64,000 nt of DNA from Patescibacteria group bacterium (GTDB taxonomy: Bacteria > Patescibacteriota > Patescibacteriia > SBBC01 > CAIJZX01): positions 14,374-78,373 of the forward strand of contig JBBTRH010000012.1 in assembly GCA_038065275.1 (NCBI GenBank), written 5' to 3'. Both the position numbers and the translations under genes were made by a program. Every line of letters starts with the position of its first letter. Within the stretch, counting starts at the first letter, position 1. The notes under the pieces were generated by a model, which worked only from the letters and a program-made list of their open reading frames with translations, made no database searches and was not told the origin of the DNA. Shown piece after piece: positions 47,670-58,075 of this stretch.

Positions 47670-48935
47670 TTACGGCAACAGGCCTTTGAACCAGCGGCGT
47701 ATCCCGTCAACCGTGTCATTGACCGAGCCGAGGGCCGGGAGTTTACTGAACAGTCCGCGGTCGGCATTGGCGTCGGCGGCCCAGCTGGCTAAACCCAGCG
47801 CCGTGGTAAAGGCCGGGTCTTGGATTTTATCGATCGCGCTGGTGTAGCCCTGGGGAAAACCGACGCTGACCGGCAACCGAAAGTCGCGCTTGCCGATATC
47901 GACGAAGCCGGGAAGTTTGGCTCCCCCGCCGGTCAGGACGACGCCGGCCGGGAGCAACCCCGAGCGATCAATGGACTGGAGTTCACGGTCAACCATCTTG
48001 TCGATTTCTTCCGCTCGAGCTTCGATGATTTCAGCGATCTGACGCCGCGAAATCGCCAGGTCGTCACCGCCCAGGTCGTGCAGGTTAATCTCGTCGTGTT
48101 TGCCGACTTCGTTCGGGTTGGCCGTGCCCGCTTCAAGTTTCACCTTTTCGGCCAGGTCAATGGAAATGCGCAGGCCGATGGCGATGTCGTTGGTGATGTG
48201 ACTGCCGCCAATCGGCAAGATCTTGGTGTGCAGGACGTCGCCCTCTTCGAAGACCATCAGGCTGGTGGTGCTGGCGCCGACGTTCAGAACGGCCACGCCC
48301 AGGTCTTTCTGCCGTTTTGAAGTACAGGCTAGCGATGAGGCCAGCACCGCTAGGACCAGATCGTCAATGCTGACGCCGGTCCGGTAGATCGCTTTCTGCA
48401 AATTCTTAATTTGCGCCGTTTGACCCTCGATAATCTGGGCGTCAACTTCGAGGCGCATGGCCGACATGCCTACCGGATCTTTCACCCCGTGCTGGTTGTC
48501 AACCGTGTATGATCGCGGGATGACGTGGAGAATTTCGTAGTTCGGCGGCGCGGCCACCGCTTGCGCCGCTTCGATCACGCGGTCGACGTCATTCGGCTTA
48601 ATCTCGCCGTCCGCCTTGGCGACGGCCACGATGCCGTGGCTCTCGATGGAAGTGATGTGCGTGCCGTTGATGGCCACCGTGGCGTGTTCGGCCGGGACGC
48701 CGGTCATCCGCTCGGCTTTCTCCAGGGTCGCCGAAATCGACGACACCGCATCTTCGATGCTGGTGATCGTGCCCTTGGAAATGCCGTCCGCCGATCCTTC
48801 GGCCGCGCCGAGGATGTGCAATCCGTCCACTCCCGCTTGGCGCTGAGCCACGACCACGCGGATGGCCGAGGAGCCGACGTCGAGTCCGGTGTAGAGTTCA
48901 ATTTTTGCCATCGCCGCGACCACAATTTTGGTCAA
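47670..48935 (-). CDS. ftsA: cell division protein FtsA
   Basis: actin-fold motifs LDVGSSAIRVVVA, VLNVGASTTSLMVF, VVLTGGGAKLPG. Confidence 0.9.
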   Translation of the reverse strand: MTKIVVAAMAKIELYTGLDVGSSAIRVVVAQRQAGVDGLHILGAAEGSADGISKGTITSIEDAVSSISATLEKAERMTGVPAEHATVAINGTHITSIESHGIVAVAKADGEIKPNDVDRVIEAAQAVAAPPNYEILHVIPRSYTVDNQHGVKDPVGMSAMRLEVDAQIIEGQTAQIKNLQKAIYRTGVSIDDLVLAVLASSLACTSKRQKDLGVAVLNVGASTTSLMVFEEGDVLHTKILPIGGSHITNDIAIGLRISIDLAEKVKLEAGTANPNEVGKHDEINLHDLGGDDLAISRRQIAEIIEARAEEIDKMVDRELQSIDRSGLLPAGVVLTGGGAKLPGFVDIGKRDFRLPVSVGFPQGYTSAIDKIQDPAFTTALGLASWAADANADRGLFSKLPALGSVNDTVDGIRRWFKGLLP

Positions 48936-49022
48936 GCATACGTACCGGCAGTATATACCAACTTCCAGGAAAGGCGAAGGCTGTGGATAACATCAACTGT
49001 ACACAAAAAGTGTTCAATCCCT

Positions 49023-49403
49023 TCATCCTGGCCTGAACCAGTCTGCCAGGTACGGCCAGAACACCAGCCCGCCGACGCCGATCGCCGCCAGGGCGGCGAT
49101 GACCACGGTCGCGGCCATGATGTCTTTAATGATATGGACGTAAGGGTGCACGCGCGGCTCAAGCAGGTCGGCGAAGCGCTCGACGATGGTGTTGACCAGT
49201 TCCAGAATGAGCATGGAAGCGATGACTAGGATGATCATCGCCGCATCCGAGCGGGAGATGCGAAGGACGACGGCCAAGCCCGCCACTGCCAGGGCGATGA
49301 CGGTGTGGATGCGAAAGTTATTCTCGGTGGTAAAAGCGTGCGCCAAACCATGCATGGCGTGGCGGGTGCTCCGGGCGAAGCGCGGAAAGCTGATGGTAGT
49401 CAT
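49023..49403 (-). CDS. dgkA: diacylglycerol/undecaprenol kinase DgkA family
   Basis: 3-TM DgkA fold, ..ELVNTIVERFADLLEPRVHPYVHIIKD..; ATGA overlap with the ybeY stop. Confidence 0.75.
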   Translation of the reverse strand: MTTISFPRFARSTRHAMHGLAHAFTTENNFRIHTVIALAVAGLAVVLRISRSDAAMIILVIASMLILELVNTIVERFADLLEPRVHPYVHIIKDIMAATVVIAALAAIGVGGLVFWPYLADWFRPG

Positions 49404-49837
49404 GTCAATCGTTGTTCGTAGCGTTCCCAGCGACGCTGGTCGGCGGCCGTGGCGTGGTCGAAACCGAGCAGATGAATCAGGCCGTGTTCCAAGAGCATTC
49501 GCAGTCGACCGCGGTACGGCGTTCCGCTGTGCTGAGCTTCCCGCCGGATGACGGCCGGACACAGGAGTACTTCACCAGCCAGCGGATCGGCCGATCGGGC
49601 CCGCGGGTCGTGAGCGTAATCAAAGGTCAGGACGTTGGTCGCCCGGCGGCGGCGGCGATACCGTCGATTCAGTCGCTGGCTGATGGACGGCGTGATAGCA
49701 TTGATGACGATCCGGCCCGGGAGCCGCAGGCGTCGCCGGGCGCGGAGCGTCCAGCGGCGCAAGGTATCTCGGCTGACTCCCGCCGGAGTCAACAGCATGA
49801 TGATCGTGGCGGAACGGCGACTAGCTAGTCGCGACAA
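49400..49837 (-). CDS. ybeY: rRNA maturation endoribonuclease YbeY
   Basis: HGLIHLLGFDH zinc-binding motif, NVLTFDY. Confidence 0.8.
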   Translation of the reverse strand: MSRLASRRSATIIMLLTPAGVSRDTLRRWTLRARRRLRLPGRIVINAITPSISQRLNRRYRRRRRATNVLTFDYAHDPRARSADPLAGEVLLCPAVIRREAQHSGTPYRGRLRMLLEHGLIHLLGFDHATAADQRRWERYEQRLT

Positions 49838-50969
49838 GCTTAAAGCTCTTCATCATCATCTCGAAAGTCGTCCAGTAGTTGAGCTGGCTGAGCCCGGTGG
49901 CGGTGTAAGTCAGGCCGTATATTTTGGTTCCCTTGAATAGGTAGACCGATGAACCGTCAGGACTAACCAGGCCTTCGAGGCCATTGACGGCGACGGATTT
50001 AGTCAGGCTGAGTTGATCCGTCGGGTAATTAGCCTGATACCACTGGGACGGCGTCTGGCTGGCGGCGTTGTCGTAGACGCGGACCTGGAAAAATTCACCG
50101 GTTTGCGTAGTCGGCGTGACTACTAACAGACCGCTTGATTCGTTGGTCGTCCAGCTGGTCGGGACTAATAGGCTGAAAGCTTTAGTCGCGTTTTCCACGC
50201 GCTTCACCAATCCCGATCCTTCCAGTTGACCGACGCCTCTGGGGTTGTATAGATTAGCCAGTTCACCGATGACCGTCCCGTCCGGACGGATTTGCTTCCC
50301 GTCGATGAACGTATCGCCGTCGCTGTCGGCGTTCGCGACATCGGTGCCATACACCGCTTCCTCGGTATTGGTCAATCCGTCGCTGTCGGCGTCGGCACTC
50401 GACGGCAACGGGCCGGTGGCGATCGCGGTGTTGGTGTTCGCGGCGGTGTTCGTATTGCTCGCCGCATTCGTATTGGCGGCATTAATGTTCTGGTTGGCGT
50501 TGGCGGCGCTGTTGACGTTAGCGGCGGTATTCACGTTTTCGTTCGCGTTTCCGGCGGAGCCGGACCCGGCTCCGCCGGGTGCATTGACATTGGCGTTGTC
50601 ATTAACCGCGCTATTCGTCACCGCGGTATTGTTATTGACCGGCGCGACATTCGTGTTGCCGGTATTGGCCGTGTTCCCGTTCGTCTTCACCACCCGGTTG
50701 AAGATAAATAGCCCGGCCACGCCCAGTCCCGCTACGACCACTACTACGACCAGAATGATGATCAGTTTCTTGGTCGTATGCGATCCCGGCGGACCGCCCG
50801 GCGTGGAACCGGCGCTCCGAAAACGCTCGGGCATGGTGTGCACCGGCGGCTGCGGCGCGACGAAGGGCGGTGGTACCGTCGGGCCTTGCGAACTCGACAT
50901 GCCCGGCGCCGGCATGACCGGATTTAACGGATTCATCGGCGGCGTTTGGGGGGTGGTGTTTTCAAACAT
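49821..50969 (-). CDS. membrane-anchored surface protein with N/T/A-rich low-complexity linker and thrombospondin-type-3-like Ca-binding repeats (DADSDG..DSDGD)
   Basis: Pro-rich N-terminus, TM LIIILVVVVVVAGLGVAGLFIF, ~80-aa NTANTGNTNVAPVNNN.. linker, globular C-terminal domain. Confidence 0.5.
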   Translation of the reverse strand: MFENTTPQTPPMNPLNPVMPAPGMSSSQGPTVPPPFVAPQPPVHTMPERFRSAGSTPGGPPGSHTTKKLIIILVVVVVVAGLGVAGLFIFNRVVKTNGNTANTGNTNVAPVNNNTAVTNSAVNDNANVNAPGGAGSGSAGNANENVNTAANVNSAANANQNINAANTNAASNTNTAANTNTAIATGPLPSSADADSDGLTNTEEAVYGTDVANADSDGDTFIDGKQIRPDGTVIGELANLYNPRGVGQLEGSGLVKRVENATKAFSLLVPTSWTTNESSGLLVVTPTTQTGEFFQVRVYDNAASQTPSQWYQANYPTDQLSLTKSVAVNGLEGLVSPDGSSVYLFKGTKIYGLTYTATGLSQLNYWTTFEMMMKSFKLVATS

Positions 50970-51010
50970 AGGCGGGTGGATTGGTTGATAATGACTGCGG
51001 GCGGAAAAAA

Positions 51011-51352
51011 TTATTTGGTGGAATTAGTATTTTTGAGTTGATCGATGGCCTGGCGCAAGTCTTGCTGAGTCGGCGGGCGATAGGCCGGCGGGAGCGTGGT
51101 CGGCGTGTTGGTGACGGTTGACCGTTGGAAAGTCGGGCGGTCGTAATTCGCGGCTGAAGCGGGAGCGTTCGTTGCTGGCGTTGCGCCCGGGGCGGGGCGG
51201 TTGGCCGGCGTCCGGCGCGGGATAATGGCCGTGATTACCGCGGTCGCGCCGAGCAGGGCGGCTAGTCCTACCAGTATAGCGAGTTTCCGGTTACGCGCCA
51301 ACCAGGGGGTCGGTTCGTCGGCGGGGAGCGCTGGCAGTTGATCGTCCGGCAT
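51011..51352 (-). CDS. small membrane-anchored Pro/Thr-rich protein (113 aa)
   Basis: TM LAILVGLAALLGATAVITAII; 3 nt downstream of the giant gene. Confidence 0.4.
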   Translation of the reverse strand: MPDDQLPALPADEPTPWLARNRKLAILVGLAALLGATAVITAIIPRRTPANRPAPGATPATNAPASAANYDRPTFQRSTVTNTPTTLPPAYRPPTQQDLRQAIDQLKNTNSTK

Positions 51353-51355
51353 AGA

Positions 51356-54300
51356 CTAGGGACCGACGCGGAGCGTATAATTGAAACAGTCGCAACTATT
51401 GGGCGCGGTACAGATGTTGCTGGGCCGCGAGCTGGGAACGAAACTTCCCGGACCGGTGTATTCCATGGTGGTGTACAGGTCGACGCCGTTCCCCTGGGCG
51501 CGGTAGCCATAGAGATGAGAATCCGGCGGATTCGGGGGAATGGGGCAGGTAAACGTCTTGGTCGATTCCGCCCAGCAAGTCGCCGCTTCGTACGGCGCCT
51601 GGCACTCGGCGCTGAAGGTATTGGTCGGGTCGAGCGGCAGTGTTTTGCCCAGCTCGGCGCCGAGCGTCGCCTGCCAGGACGGCCACTTCGAAGTAGAGAA
51701 GCCGGGCAGGTACGAACCGCTAGCCAGGGCCGGGTAGGTACCGTTCTTTGTTTGGTAGACGTCTAACAGCAACTTCAACGAGGTCAGATCCTGACGGCGT
51801 TTGGTGTCGCGGATGACCTGGTCTTTAACGTCGGCGTTCGGGAAGTTAGTGTTGAAGGCGATGGCGGACAGCATCTGATCGGCGATGTTGACCGTCTCCG
51901 GACTGGCGTTATTCGAGTTGTAGTCAAAGACGAACATCAGTCCGCGCATCACCGCGCCGTCATAATCAGTTACGCCGACGTAGGTGGTGGTGCCCGATTT
52001 GACTGCCGGATATCCGGCTACAGTTGTTGACGAAGCGCCGGTATCGAGCGGGAAGCGCTTAGTAAACCAGTCGCTGGGCGATAAGAATTCGTCGTTCTTG
52101 AAGATCAGCAACCCGATTGTATCGCGGCTAGTCTGCGACTCCTTGAAGAAAAAACTTTTTAGGCGCGTCGGATCGGTGGTATTGACGCCCTCGATTGATC
52201 CGAGCGTGTCGGGCGCCGCTGAGGTTGCTGATCCGGTGTAGCTGAAATCCGGCAATGGCGTCGCGCCGTTATCGCGGCAGTAGAACATATCAAAATTGAA
52301 ATTCTGGCAACCATTAGCAGTCAGATCGCAATTAGTCGAAGCGTCGGTAAACTGCCATGGACTGACGCAGAACTTGACGCGGACCCGGCTCTGGCCGTAA
52401 TACTCGCGGCCGGCGGTGTTATTCAGCGTATCCTTTGTCACTTTCGCCTTGGCTTTAATCATGGTGGTGCCGTTGGCCCGAGCCGTGACGGCGGCCAGCG
52501 AAGGGTTGGCAACCGCCGGCGGCGTCATGGCGACCAACGCGATCGTGCTCGTCTCGGACGACCAGTCCCAGGCCCACTCGTATTTACCGGTCACCGGCAT
52601 AATCGGCGCCGCTGACCCGGCCGGATATGCTTCAGCTTTGAAATCGCTATGGACCTCGCCGAGAGCGGTAAAGATGTCATCGGTCGGCTCGACCGCCACC
52701 GTATTGATGGCGCAGATGTTCTGGCCGGTATTGAATGTCAGCGGCGTGCCGGTCACGTCGGCCAGGACGCCGTTCTGGCCGCGAATGCTGGTTGGGGCCG
52801 CCGGAATTTTCGTCAGCGTCAAGTCATCGCACCACACTTTCGCTTTCGGATTGGCGAAGCAGTTGACATGGAGAACGGCGGCCGGATTGGCCGACTTGGT
52901 CACGATGGCGTCGATCTTCTTCCAGCCGTTTGAATTGCCGGTGGACAGCCCCGGCGCATCGTTCGACAGGTCATATCCGCAATTATTGAAGTTCGGATTC
53001 ATGCATTGGGTAATCAGCCCGGATTGCACGCCGTCAGGTTGTTCGACTTTTATCCAGCCGGTGAGACGGTAGCGGCTGCCGACCGGTTCGGCCGGAGCGA
53101 TGTCTTGCGCGGCAAACGCCTGACCGGCGGTGCAGGTCGAACAGTCAACCAGCACGGACGAACCAGTATGTCCCGGGGGCAGATCGGTCGACTTCTTCGC
53201 CCGGGCCGCGTCCCAACCGACCGGCTGGGTATCCGACGACCAGGTTTCGAAATCAGGATCCTGCAAGCCGGAGACCGCTTGTTCGACGAAGGTGTCGAGA
53301 ATGAGCGACTGCGGCCGGTTGGCGGTGAGCAGTCCGGGCTGGTAGACGATCGTGCCCGATACCGCATCATTCCGCACCGCCATGGCGCCGTCCACCGGCG
53401 AGTAGCCGTTGAGGTAGTGCACGGTCGTCCGATTCACGGTTGACGGGTCGAGAGGCTGGTTGAATTCAACCTCGGCGGTGGTATTGCGGCAGACGTTGGT
53501 TGCTCCCGCCAGCGGAGCGGTGCTTTTCACCGTCGGCCGCGGACCACAGCACCCCAGCCCATTAGCGCCGGGATAGCCGCATCCCTGACCGGCTGGACAA
53601 GCCGCATCATTGCCGAACTGGCACGAAGTGGCACAGGCCGACGCGGCGGTCACGATGTACGGCAAGGAATTGCTTGATTGAATCCCCTTCACTACTCGCA
53701 CTTCATTCGGAGCGATGGCTGCCGCGTCTGGGACACGAATGGCGATTTTCTGATCAGTCCAGGCCGGCTGTGGGTCTGGGTAGAAGGAAACCGGCAGCGC
53801 CGTCAAGCTACCGATTTCGGTGAAGGTGACTTGATCGCCGACGGCCTTGGTCGTGAAAGTGTGACCGGTCACTGTCGCCGGATCATCCCGCTGACCGGTG
53901 GCGGGAAATATTTTGCATATCCCCGGTTCAACTGCGTTATTGTTAACCGTAAAACCAGCCGCGAAAGTAGCCGTCGCCTCGTCATTGCGGACAACTTTCA
54001 CCGGCACCTTGCCCGGACTTAGGCCGGCCGGCACTTCCCGCACGATTCGTTCGTTCCACCAGGAATTTCCGCATTGCGCTTGGTCGGGCACCAGGCCATT
54101 CAACGGTGGTTGAGCGTCGAAAACGACGTTGCTTTTGGCTGGATCATAGGCGCCGAACCAACACCCCTTGATGGTCGTCCAGTTGCCGACCGGGCCGTTG
54201 TCTTTGTCGAGCGCGTTAATAACCGGCGTGCAGTTCCCATTGACGCAAGCGGACGCGCCGCAGGACTCTCCCAGGGCATTCTTTGCGCACTGGCTGGAGA

Positions 54301-57300
54301 CGGTGCAAGCGGTTGGACTGTAGGTCAGTGTAAATTTCGGTGACATATATGATTGGGCCGAGACGGTCACGTCGGTGATGCCCTTAGACGCATCCGGAAC
54401 ACCCGTCTTAGCACCGCTGGCCGGTGGAGACAATGTTTTATCATCCGTGGTATCGCTGAGCGGCGGGTTGACGATGCCCACGTCACCGTTAGTCGAATTC
54501 CAGTTAAACTTGAGGCCGGTATGGGTCAACGTATGGCAAGCGTTATCCATCGGCCACGCTTTCAAGCTGATCGGCGAATAATTAGGGTCATTGACGGTCC
54601 TTAAACCGTTCGGGTTGAGGCCGACGTTATCGATTACACACAGCTCAGCCCCGGCCTTGGTGGTGAACTGCCAGGTATACGGCGCCGCCATCTGCCGGCC
54701 CGATCCTGGCGTAAAGCCGGGCGGCACGGCGGCCGCTCTGATGCCGGTGGTCAGACGGACCTGGTACATAGTATCGGGATCCAAATTAACCGGTACCGCC
54801 CGCGTGCCGGGGGTGATGGACAACAGCGCGCCGCTCGTTTCAACTACCGCGGCGATGGGACTGAGGTTGCAGGTCCCCGCCGGGCAGGCGAATAAACTGA
54901 CCGTCGAATTATAGACGACCGTCGTCGGATCGAGCGGGATATTGAAACGCACCGTCACCTGGGTGTTCAAACAAGCCGCCGTATCGTTCTTGTATGGATT
55001 CGGGCTGGGGTACGCGCCGGCCGCGATGTTACAAGTACTATCCTCCACCACGGCCGGAACGCCGGTCTCTCCGCCGGGGGTGGGGCTTGGCTTTTCGACG
55101 TCGAATGGCAGGGGGTTGCTCTCGTCACCGTCCTTATTGACCACGCGAACTTGAGTTCGATAAGGATTCCGGGCGGTAAGCGGAACTGTGATGCCGGCGA
55201 TCGTATCGGGGTTTCCTTGAGTCCAGGCGCCGCTTGACCATGGCGAATCGTTATCGGTGGCGATACTCGCTTGGCCCGTCTTGGTTCCGAAGTTATCCCC
55301 GCTGGCCGAGAATTGCGATCCCGGGATGCCATGGTTCGGATCGAGTGAGTAGAGGCACGGTCGAGTGCCGGCTAATCCGTCGTCGAGCCGGAACTGGCTG
55401 GCCACGCTGGGTGGCGTTCTTAACGGACCAATCGGGCTGGGATAACTAACCGTGACCTGATAGTTGTAAGTCTGGTTAGGGGCAAGCGCGCCCGGATCAC
55501 TGGCGTTTAGTTTATTGACGATTGAAGTATTCTGCCAATTTTTTATTTCGGCGTCGCTCTGCACTTTCGGGCCGAGTCTCAGTTCATCGCCAGTTTCCGG
55601 CCGCCCATCCGAGGGGTTCTCAGTCGGCTTTTCAAAATAATTACCCTGCACCGAAACGCAGGCTCCGTTCGCGTCTTGACCCGGGTCGACGCGGGAAATG
55701 TATGGCGCTTGGTAACACTGGTCGGCCGGCTTGACGGTAAAGTGCCACGGCGGCGTGCCGGGCGGCGGGGTGAAACCGGGGACGGCATCGCCGTAGACCA
55801 GCGTCTCCCCGCTTTGGTTCACCACCCGGTCAGATTTCAAGCCGATGGAGTACTGGTGGTCAACCGGCAGGCCGGCCGTGGTCGGATCGAAAGCCAGATG
55901 TTTACAGTATGGATTAGGATCGAGCGTAGCGCTGGCCGGCTGATCGGTAAAACCGAAGGTGCGAATGACGACCGGGTTGCCGGCGGTTTGGTCAAAAACT
56001 AACGCCTTGGTGTTGTAAGAATCCGCTTGACCGAGTTCGCAGGTCGCGCCTTTGGTGATATCCCACATCGATGTTTTGAACTGCGCGAAAACTTCGCTTG
56101 TCGGGCAGGCGGCCGGAAATTCATTGGCCGGATAGACGTAGTCCACGCCGGGGGTGACGTCGTTCGTCTCGAATACCCACTGGTACCTATCCGCCGCGGT
56201 GCCGCACAGATCACGAAAATTCTCCACGATCACCTGGTACCAAGTAAACGGCTCGAACCATTGGTTATTCTTTAATTGCAGCCAGGCGCCGGTGCCGTCG
56301 CCGTTGACGCGCAGGTCGAAATTATTCGGATCGAGTTGTGCCCCGCTGCATTCGCCGCCGCCGCAGGTCCCGCGGTCCGGATTGTCCGGGACGCCGGTGA
56401 TTTTATATACGCGGAAGTTAGCCGTGGTGGCGGAGACCGGATCAAGACCGCGGGAAAAGTTGATACCGAGGATGGCCGAGCGGGGCACGCTCCGATCGGG
56501 TTTTAACAGCGGTTTAGTCAGGTAGTCCGATGATGGAGCGGTGCTGCGCACCTGCAACGGCTGGCCGGAGTTGAGGTCGACGCCGGTGGTGAAAGTATAG
56601 AGAATTTTACCGGGCACCGAGGCATCGTCGCAGTGCGGGATGGCGCCGCCGATATCCGGCGATGAACGGCAGTACGACAGGACGCGGTCACGGACGTCGC
56701 GGATGGCCCGACTGTTCGATTCCTTGGGGACGCTGATGCGGTAGGTAGTGGTCGGTTCGAAGTAGCGGTTGTCGGCCGGCGTATCGCTGAAGGACAAGTG
56801 GTAGAAGGTCAGGGTGTTGTTGATGGCCAGCCACTCCGCTTTCGGTGCCGCCGCCGTGCCAGCCGTGGTCGCGCCGGGCGTGTACGCTTGGCTGTCAATC
56901 GGCCGCGGGTTCGGGCTGATGACGCTGGTACAGTCCGGATCAACGCACTTCTGGATTTGCAACTCGCCCGAGGTGACCGCCAAGTAGATCGGGTCGTTCG
57001 GCAAGTCGTCGACCTTGGTCTGGAGATCCGTGTTGAAAGCGAACGACACGGCGCTCAATCGCGGCACGTTTTTCCAGCTGTCCGGCGGCGGCGTACAGGT
57101 GTTGACGGCGGTGATGTCGAACGTTGAGGTTTGACCCGGAGGACAGTCGTCGATGTTAACGCAACCGCCGCCCGGCCCGCCGCCGCCGGAATCGGTCGTG
57201 ACGTTGGCAAACGTCTTAGCTACGAAGAACACGATCGCCCAGGCCAGGAGGATAATCACCAGGCCGATGGCCGCTTGGAGGATGATCTGTTTGGCCTTCT

Positions 57301-57586
57301 CGATACGCGCCTCATTGCCGCCCGAAGTCATCCAGACGATCCCGCCGTAAATCATGTACGACACCGCCGCCAAGGTCAGAATGCCGAGCGCCCAGCGGAT
57401 GATGTTCAGCACCACCTGCTTCAGGTCGGCGTTACCGAGACCGACCTGGCCGCCGATGGATTCAACGCTAAACGACGTCGGCGTAGCCGCCTGGGAGGTT
57501 GAACCAGATACCAACAACGATCCGCCTATAACTAGGATGGCGGCGAGGATGATGGTGCGTTGTTTCAGCATGGTCGAACGACGCAT
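51356..57586 (-). CDS. giant (2076 aa) Cys-rich extracellular protein with N-terminal signal peptide and TrbC/VirB2-like pilin module (two hydrophobic helices around an MTSGGN loop)
   Basis: N-terminus LNIIRWALGILTLAAVSYMIYGGIVWMTSGGNEARIEKAKQIILQAAIGLVIILLAWAIVFFV matches the conjugative-pilin/T4SS pilin pattern; remainder Gly/Thr/Pro/Cys-rich, beta-rich. Confidence 0.7.
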   Translation of the reverse strand: MRRSTMLKQRTIILAAILVIGGSLLVSGSTSQAATPTSFSVESIGGQVGLGNADLKQVVLNIIRWALGILTLAAVSYMIYGGIVWMTSGGNEARIEKAKQIILQAAIGLVIILLAWAIVFFVAKTFANVTTDSGGGGPGGGCVNIDDCPPGQTSTFDITAVNTCTPPPDSWKNVPRLSAVSFAFNTDLQTKVDDLPNDPIYLAVTSGELQIQKCVDPDCTSVISPNPRPIDSQAYTPGATTAGTAAAPKAEWLAINNTLTFYHLSFSDTPADNRYFEPTTTYRISVPKESNSRAIRDVRDRVLSYCRSSPDIGGAIPHCDDASVPGKILYTFTTGVDLNSGQPLQVRSTAPSSDYLTKPLLKPDRSVPRSAILGINFSRGLDPVSATTANFRVYKITGVPDNPDRGTCGGGECSGAQLDPNNFDLRVNGDGTGAWLQLKNNQWFEPFTWYQVIVENFRDLCGTAADRYQWVFETNDVTPGVDYVYPANEFPAACPTSEVFAQFKTSMWDITKGATCELGQADSYNTKALVFDQTAGNPVVIRTFGFTDQPASATLDPNPYCKHLAFDPTTAGLPVDHQYSIGLKSDRVVNQSGETLVYGDAVPGFTPPPGTPPWHFTVKPADQCYQAPYISRVDPGQDANGACVSVQGNYFEKPTENPSDGRPETGDELRLGPKVQSDAEIKNWQNTSIVNKLNASDPGALAPNQTYNYQVTVSYPSPIGPLRTPPSVASQFRLDDGLAGTRPCLYSLDPNHGIPGSQFSASGDNFGTKTGQASIATDNDSPWSSGAWTQGNPDTIAGITVPLTARNPYRTQVRVVNKDGDESNPLPFDVEKPSPTPGGETGVPAVVEDSTCNIAAGAYPSPNPYKNDTAACLNTQVTVRFNIPLDPTTVVYNSTVSLFACPAGTCNLSPIAAVVETSGALLSITPGTRAVPVNLDPDTMYQVRLTTGIRAAAVPPGFTPGSGRQMAAPYTWQFTTKAGAELCVIDNVGLNPNGLRTVNDPNYSPISLKAWPMDNACHTLTHTGLKFNWNSTNGDVGIVNPPLSDTTDDKTLSPPASGAKTGVPDASKGITDVTVSAQSYMSPKFTLTYSPTACTVSSQCAKNALGESCGASACVNGNCTPVINALDKDNGPVGNWTTIKGCWFGAYDPAKSNVVFDAQPPLNGLVPDQAQCGNSWWNERIVREVPAGLSPGKVPVKVVRNDEATATFAAGFTVNNNAVEPGICKIFPATGQRDDPATVTGHTFTTKAVGDQVTFTEIGSLTALPVSFYPDPQPAWTDQKIAIRVPDAAAIAPNEVRVVKGIQSSNSLPYIVTAASACATSCQFGNDAACPAGQGCGYPGANGLGCCGPRPTVKSTAPLAGATNVCRNTTAEVEFNQPLDPSTVNRTTVHYLNGYSPVDGAMAVRNDAVSGTIVYQPGLLTANRPQSLILDTFVEQAVSGLQDPDFETWSSDTQPVGWDAARAKKSTDLPPGHTGSSVLVDCSTCTAGQAFAAQDIAPAEPVGSRYRLTGWIKVEQPDGVQSGLITQCMNPNFNNCGYDLSNDAPGLSTGNSNGWKKIDAIVTKSANPAAVLHVNCFANPKAKVWCDDLTLTKIPAAPTSIRGQNGVLADVTGTPLTFNTGQNICAINTVAVEPTDDIFTALGEVHSDFKAEAYPAGSAAPIMPVTGKYEWAWDWSSETSTIALVAMTPPAVANPSLAAVTARANGTTMIKAKAKVTKDTLNNTAGREYYGQSRVRVKFCVSPWQFTDASTNCDLTANGCQNFNFDMFYCRDNGATPLPDFSYTGSATSAAPDTLGSIEGVNTTDPTRLKSFFFKESQTSRDTIGLLIFKNDEFLSPSDWFTKRFPLDTGASSTTVAGYPAVKSGTTTYVGVTDYDGAVMRGLMFVFDYNSNNASPETVNIADQMLSAIAFNTNFPNADVKDQVIRDTKRRQDLTSLKLLLDVYQTKNGTYPALASGSYLPGFSTSKWPSWQATLGAELGKTLPLDPTNTFSAECQAPYEAATCWAESTKTFTCPIPPNPPDSHLYGYRAQGNGVDLYTTMEYTGPGSFVPSSRPSNICTAPNSCDCFNYTLRVGP

Positions 57587-57625
57587 CGAGAAGCGGGTTG
57601 TAAGATTAAAGTTTAAAGCGCTTGA

Positions 57626-58069
57626 TTATTTAAGCAATTGTTTGACCGCGGCCGCGACGCGGTTGCCGTCGGCTTGGCCTTTGATCTTGGCCATCACGGC
57701 CGACATCACGCGGCCGAAATCTTTTGGCGTCGGTTTAAGTTCGGCCACGGCGGCGCCGACGGCCATTGCGATCTCCTCGTCGCTTATCTGCGTCGGCAAG
57801 TAAGAGCTGATGGCCGTCAGTTCGGCCTCTTCAGCCGCCGCCAGCTCGGGCCGATTCCCCTGCCGGTACATGGCGATTGATTCTTTGCGTTTTTTCGCTT
57901 CTTTCATCAGCACCGTCGTCGCCTCCGCGTCGGTCAATTCATGTTTGCGTAAATCAATTTCCGCGTTCTTAATCGCCGCCTTGACCAAGCGCAAGACGTC
58001 AACCCGCGCCTGGTCATGAGCTTTAAAAGCGGTCAGGTAGTCCTGTTCAATCTGCTGATGGATCAGCAT
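57626..58069 (-). CDS. yqeY: GatB/YqeY-domain protein
   Basis: LTAFKAHDQARVDVLRLVKAAIKNAEID..KDFGRVMSAVMAKIKGQADG pattern. Confidence 0.85.
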   Translation of the reverse strand: MLIHQQIEQDYLTAFKAHDQARVDVLRLVKAAIKNAEIDLRKHELTDAEATTVLMKEAKKRKESIAMYRQGNRPELAAAEEAELTAISSYLPTQISDEEIAMAVGAAVAELKPTPKDFGRVMSAVMAKIKGQADGNRVAAAVKQLLK

Positions 58070-58075
58070 GGTGTC